Below, piece by piece: positions 51,902-52,993 of a stretch of DNA of 52,993 nucleotides. The number at the start of each line of letters is the position of its first letter. The stretch's first letter is position 1. The position numbers and the translations under genes were made by a program. The stretch is taken from positions 1 through 52,993 of IMG/VR virus record IMGVR_UViG_3300048834_000646, one strand, 5' to 3'. This DNA is from a virus. Lineage: Duplodnaviria; Caudoviricetes. The notes beneath the pieces are model-generated. The model saw nothing but the letters and a program-made list of their open reading frames with translations, made no database searches and had not been told where the DNA came from.

Positions 51902-52906
51902 ATGCCGACGCCGACGTTCAAGGACCTCGTGCAGGAGACGAGCACGACCACCGGGACCGGGACGTACGATCTCGACGGCTCGGCTCCGACAGGCAAGCGC
52001 AGCTTCATCGCCGCGGGCCTCGATACGGAGACGGTCACGTATCTCGTGACCGATGGCGTCGATTGGGAGATCAACGAGGGCGTCGTCGCGGCGGGCTCTC
52101 CGCCGACGCTGACGCGCGGGACGCTGCTGGATTCCTCGACCGGATCCGCGATCGACTGGCCGGGTGGGACGCTGCGCGTGGGGCTGGTGCTGACCTCGCG
52201 CGATATCGCGACGGCGCTCGCCGGCGTGGGCGGCGGCGGGGGACTCCCCTTTCCGCTTTCCGCCCCGGCCTCGCCCTCCGCCTTCGACGAAGAGTTCACC
52301 GGGGCCAGCCTCGACGCCAAGTGGACCGTCATGAACAGCATGACGGCTAGCGGGAGCACCATCCAGTACAATTTCGACGGCACCTGGCTCTTGATTCCGA
52401 TGGTGGCCAACTCGACAGAGACCGCCCGACGCTACCGGATCCGGCAGACGATCAGCGGGATTCCGGCGGCGACGGAGTTCACGATGGTCGCTCGTATCGC
52501 GCTCGCCTCGTTCCCGTCGCTGAACGCAGCGATCACCCTGTCGTGGGGTGACAACGCGGCCTATAACACCGGCAACGCCTGTCTGGTGCGCCTCGACGTG
52601 GACAGCACGAATTTCCGCATTGGGGCCTACACAGTCGGGTTCACCGAGGTGACGGCCAACATCCCGCTCGGCGCGTCCCAGGTCTACATCGGATTCCGGC
52701 GAGACGAGGACAACATCTTCGACTGCTTCTGGTCGCTCGATGGGATCGGCTGGCGGCTGCTGTGGGGGGCCTCGACGCGCAACTACGCCTTCACGAATCT
52801 CTTCCTCGACATGAATGGGGCAACCAGCGGGAACACGGTCAGCATGATGGGCGTGGATTTTATTCGGGTGAACGACGCCCGCTTCTACCTTCCGCGCAAC
52901 GACTAG
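51902..52906 (+). CDS. Tail fibre / receptor-binding protein with ConA-like C-terminal domain
   Basis: N-terminal DLVQETSTTTGTG, WEINEG, LTRGTLLDSS; GGGGG hinge; FDEEF..LDAKW, FWSLDGIGW, VDFIRV. Confidence 0.7.
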   Translation: MPTPTFKDLVQETSTTTGTGTYDLDGSAPTGKRSFIAAGLDTETVTYLVTDGVDWEINEGVVAAGSPPTLTRGTLLDSSTGSAIDWPGGTLRVGLVLTSRDIATALAGVGGGGGLPFPLSAPASPSAFDEEFTGASLDAKWTVMNSMTASGSTIQYNFDGTWLLIPMVANSTETARRYRIRQTISGIPAATEFTMVARIALASFPSLNAAITLSWGDNAAYNTGNACLVRLDVDSTNFRIGAYTVGFTEVTANIPLGASQVYIGFRRDEDNIFDCFWSLDGIGWRLLWGASTRNYAFTNLFLDMNGATSGNTVSMMGVDFIRVNDARFYLPRND

Positions 52907-52952
52907 GCGCTGTAGCATCCCTGCGCGGAGCTGAGGGGCAAGGGTAGCTTTC

Positions 52953-52990
52953 CGACCGCCCGGGAATTCCTCCCGGGCGGTCGCCTCTTT
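52953..52990 (+). terminator. Intrinsic terminator after the fibre gene
   Basis: CGACCGCCCGGGA / TCCCGGGCGGTCG 13-bp stem followed by CCTCTTT. Confidence 0.7.
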
Positions 52991-52992
52991 CA
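52970..52992. repeat. Terminal direct repeat, right copy (23 bp)
   Basis: Identical to 1-23. Confidence 0.95.
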
Positions 52993-52993
52993 T

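Noticed and set aside
1-52993. Stop-codon reassignment
   Set aside because: Core genes are intact under the standard code, and TGA, TAG and TAA all end genes

Overview
The window looks like an essentially complete, very GC-rich (roughly 70% by eye) siphovirus-type phage genome. The same 23 bp (CTCCCGGGCGGTCGCCTCTTTCA) occurs at 1-23 and 52970-52992. Almost all genes are on the + strand. Order: three small ORFs; a leftward HTH replication initiator with internal iterons plus DUF1643; RHH regulator, Sak4-like ATPase, DnaQ-like exonuclease, Gp157-like protein, ParB, wHTH and VRR-NUC-like nuclease; a coupled ParB-like / ABC-ATPase-GNAT / formyltransferase operon (candidate DNA-modification system); about 12 kb of small accessory ORFs; terminase, portal and head genes with an inserted methyltransferase and a KpsS-like glycosyltransferase; tail genes with Tal placed before Dit; lysis genes; and a detached tail-fibre gene. 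I recognised no integrase, CI repressor, DNA polymerase, helicase, tRNA, CRISPR array or reverse transcriptase. Best candidates for new biology: (1) the ParB/ABC-GNAT/FDH-like formyltransferase operon, (2) glycan-type enzymes inside the head operon, (3) two families of repeated RNA hairpins: GAGG-loop hairpins abutting ribosome-binding sites of accessory genes, and C-YAA-G triloop hairpins behind a shared late-promoter motif. All family assignments come from motif recognition by eye; no searches were run.
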